Assembly (NCBI RefSeq): GCF_035594765.1
Contig: NC_085846.1
Location: 93,297,190 to 93,361,189 of the forward strand
Length of the DNA stretch: 64,000 nt
Direction: 5' to 3'
From: Anolis carolinensis
Lineage: Eukaryota
The position numbers and the translations under genes are program-made. Position 1 is the stretch's first letter. Each line of letters opens with the position of its first letter. Of this stretch, positions 61,501 through 64,000 are shown in pieces. The notes beneath the pieces are model-generated. The model worked only from the letters and a program-made list of their open reading frames with translations. It made no database searches and was not told where the DNA came from.

Positions 61501-64000
61501 GAAACTACAAATAGAAATGCATGCAGCTGTCAGAATATCCTCAGTGAATTCAGACCCTAAAACTCCAACATATCTTAGACTTCATCCCGAAAGGAATTTA
61601 GTGAGTTTATAGTTTGATTTGTTAAGCTGGTTTTATGTCTTGTCCGTTTATAGTTAATTCATGTTGTGTTAACATTTGTTTGACTAAATTTATTCCTAAA
61701 GAATAATTAGTAAGACCTCGGGTAATGCGCTACCTTAGTTTTTGGTTTTTTGAACAAATATCTATTATGTAAAAAGATTAGGAAGATTTATTTCACCAAC
61801 TATCCTTTCATCCCTGCTTCTTTTTAGAATGAAGATATTGGTGAAGATGATATTAAAAAGGCCTTTACTTTGTGGCTACAGGATTACATCAACATTCCTT
61901 TAATTATAGGAAACACAAGCTATATACAATTAGCTCTTAAAGAGGGTAAGGAAAACACTAATTGTCTATTTCCTAAGTATCTATGGATCTGGTTGTCTCA
62001 GCTCAGATCACCTTTCATACCCACCTCCATTTTGCCTTGCTGTAAGAGCGCTATAGACAATGTATAGTCCCCTCAGGTGTATTCAACCACTTTCCCTTAC
62101 TTTTCCATATTTTCTTGTGTTACATCTTGGAATTGAAATAGATGTAAATGGCCTTGTTACCCATTGATGTACACAAGATACTCAGCAAAACACACATGCA
62201 TACAGAGAGAGGCACAAAATGTAAGCAAAGAATGTGGCGCTTGTATTTTGTTTTCATGGTTTATCCAAGTGAACAGCACACAAAGTGTTGGAAAAATGCA
62301 TCTGAGCATTTTGATGAGAGAAACTGCTTTACAATTACTATTTAGAATTAAAGTGTCCCTTGGTATCCACAGGACTTTGATTCCAGAAGCATCTGTGGTA
62401 TATTAAGGGCTTGGAGAATTTCAAATTCTCCCTAACATACTATGTAAATGTATACAACTTTAAAGTAACTATATATATTAAAAAAACATACTTACGTGAA
62501 TGTCCTCTCCTCATTTTTCTTCAGTAGCATTTTTCCCTTTTCCTTTTGCCTCCTTTTTTGTTCATTGTGAAATAATACTTTTTAAAAGACAGAAAAAGTA
62601 TGAAACAACATCATTAGGTGTGGTTGCAGTGAAATTGAACTTGATTTTTTTTAAAAAAAATGCTGTTCATTAATCAGATCATTTTAATTGGGGAACATCA
62701 AACCAGTTACGTAATCCTTAATGTCATGTATTGAGGTCAATGTGCTTATTGGGAAACGTGACCCTTTAAAGTGGGAAATAATTTATAGTGAAAGCATCAT
62801 CAGCTTCAACTGATATAGAGGAAAGGATAATTTTTACTATTTTCTTTTAGTAACATCAGATCAGACTAATCAATGTTGAAGAACCTCATCCTTAGCGTCT
62901 TCAAATTGGATCTCGCCAGTTAAGCAAGATATGATTAAAGTTTCTGATATTAAAAGGGCTTATTGACAGATCACAACCCTTTCTTTCTTTTGTATTATCT
63001 AGATTTTATTATAGGTTACTTTCATACAATGCAAAATTTGGATATAATAAAATATGGCATTTCACTTTCTGACACAGGCAAATTAATAATGCCCTTTGTG
63101 TTCTGAAAGGTAAGGAAGATTTTGTCCTCAGTGTAGTCACTTCTGAAGAGGAAAAAGCAAAGGACACTTTCATCTTGAGTCCTAGTTTGCTGCAGAAGGC
63201 CAATATACAAGTAAATATTACTTTTTCCAGGTATCCAATAGTTTAAATTATATAAATTCTTTTGTTTTATTCTTTGGATTTGTTTCATGTTAGTTCTTCT
63301 TGCTTTTTTGTATGAAGCATTGTGGGGAAATTCTAAGAGCATTCTCTATTTAAATTCCATCTCTATTTTAAATGACGGGATCTCTTATACTTTCAAAGAA
63401 GGAATTGTGAAGTAGCTCTCCCACTACTCTCAAAATAATTTTCCAACTATCTCTTTTTTAGGGTGAAATATTTATATTTTCTAACATTCAGGCTTTTTGA
63501 CAGCTTTAATCACTATAGAATTTATAAGATGAAAACTGTATCATCCAGAGGGATTTGTAATACAGTGTGAAATGTGAAAGTCATGTAGTAACTTTATATG
63601 TAGTACTGGATTCTTTCTTTGCCTTATTATTTAAATTTGGTGACAGCTTTAGCTTCAGGAAAAACTTGTTAAACTCACCTGCTTTTTTGAAAAGCGGATT
63701 TCTTTCTTCCATGACATTTCTGGTTGTTTGAACTTAGTCTGATATTATGCTCAACATCTGATAGGTCTGATCTTTACTAAAGTATATAGTCAGTATCACC
63801 CCAGCAATCACACTGTACTAGTGCAATCCTATATATGTCTTCCCAGCAAGTAAGTTTCATTGAGGTTAATAAAGCTTACAGAAGTTCTAGAGAAGTAAAT
63901 ACGTAAATACAAGATTATAGCTCAAAATTAATATTTTCATGTCTAAATAGTAACTTATGTTCTTTTGTACAGGTTTCAGTAAAGCCAGTGACTTCAGTAA
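55556..64000 (+). CDS. PEX1: Peroxisomal AAA ATPase PEX1, first nine coding exons (continues beyond window): join(55556..55669,58102..58242,59746..59829,60009..60123,60210..60976,61481..61600,61828..61945,63110..63210,63973..>64000)
   Basis: MWGAGG...[78 protein letters not shown], a 767-nt exon 5 ending [36 protein letters not shown]. Exon phases are consistent. Confidence 0.96.
55775..55788. promoter_or_regulatory. X-box (RFX) motif in PEX1 intron 1
   Basis: GTTGCCTTGGCAAC, a symmetric X-box inside the CpG island. Confidence 0.5.
55845..56034. mobile_element. Palindromic hAT MITE (diverged copy of the 25413 family)
   Basis: CAGACCTGGGCAAAC...GTTTGCCC; arms carry asymmetric mutations. Confidence 0.85.
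56040..56850 (-). mobile_element. RTE-clade LINE 3' portion
   Basis: [49 protein letters not shown] motifs, with frameshifts. Confidence 0.88.
57098..57685 (-). mobile_element. Penelope-like element: GIY-YIG endonuclease C-terminus plus pLTR
   Basis: ORF 57308-57685 [35 protein letters not shown]...[16 protein letters not shown]. Confidence 0.9.
57146..57192 (-). ncRNA. Minimal type I hammerhead ribozyme motif in Penelope pLTR (also 54596-54641 + and 53875-53920 -)
   Basis: ccu-CUGAGGA-u-gccugc(cauagau)gugggc-GAAA-c-AUC-agg: conserved core boxes, stem II and a short stem I. Confidence 0.65.
59158..59578. mobile_element. GC-rich hAT-like element remnant in PEX1 intron 2
   Basis: Right end GCCGCCCCTG with subterminal gcgccc motifs; abrupt GC step; left end degenerate. 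Confidence 0.45.

Overview
Vertebrate genomic DNA from a squamate reptile, most likely Anolis, judged from the repeat complement (Sauria SINE, 5S-Sauria, AnolisSINE2-like, Penelope, L2, RTE, CR1, many hAT/Harbinger/Tc1 MITEs). It is the region orthologous to human 7q21.2. From GT-AG junctions and translation I reconstructed: the last 3 coding exons and a probable ~11.5 kb 3'UTR of CDK6 (+); complete FAM133B (+, 11 exons, 248 aa); a complete calaxin/EFCAB1-type EF-hand gene (+, 6 exons, 214 aa), which is not at this position in human; complete RBM48 (-, 5 exons, 369 aa); and the first 9 coding exons of PEX1 (+), head-to-head with RBM48. There is a 208-N gap at 39258-39465. The most interesting observations are: a loopless, perfect 184-bp palindrome with mirrored variants just upstream of the calaxin X-box; one MITE family clustered at first exons; a recursive-splice-type exon in PEX1; minimal hammerhead ribozyme cores in Penelope copies; a bidirectional promoter built from an old tandem duplication; and sense-oriented LTRs/L2 inside introns. 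No searches were run. Gene and repeat names come from recalled sequence similarity.
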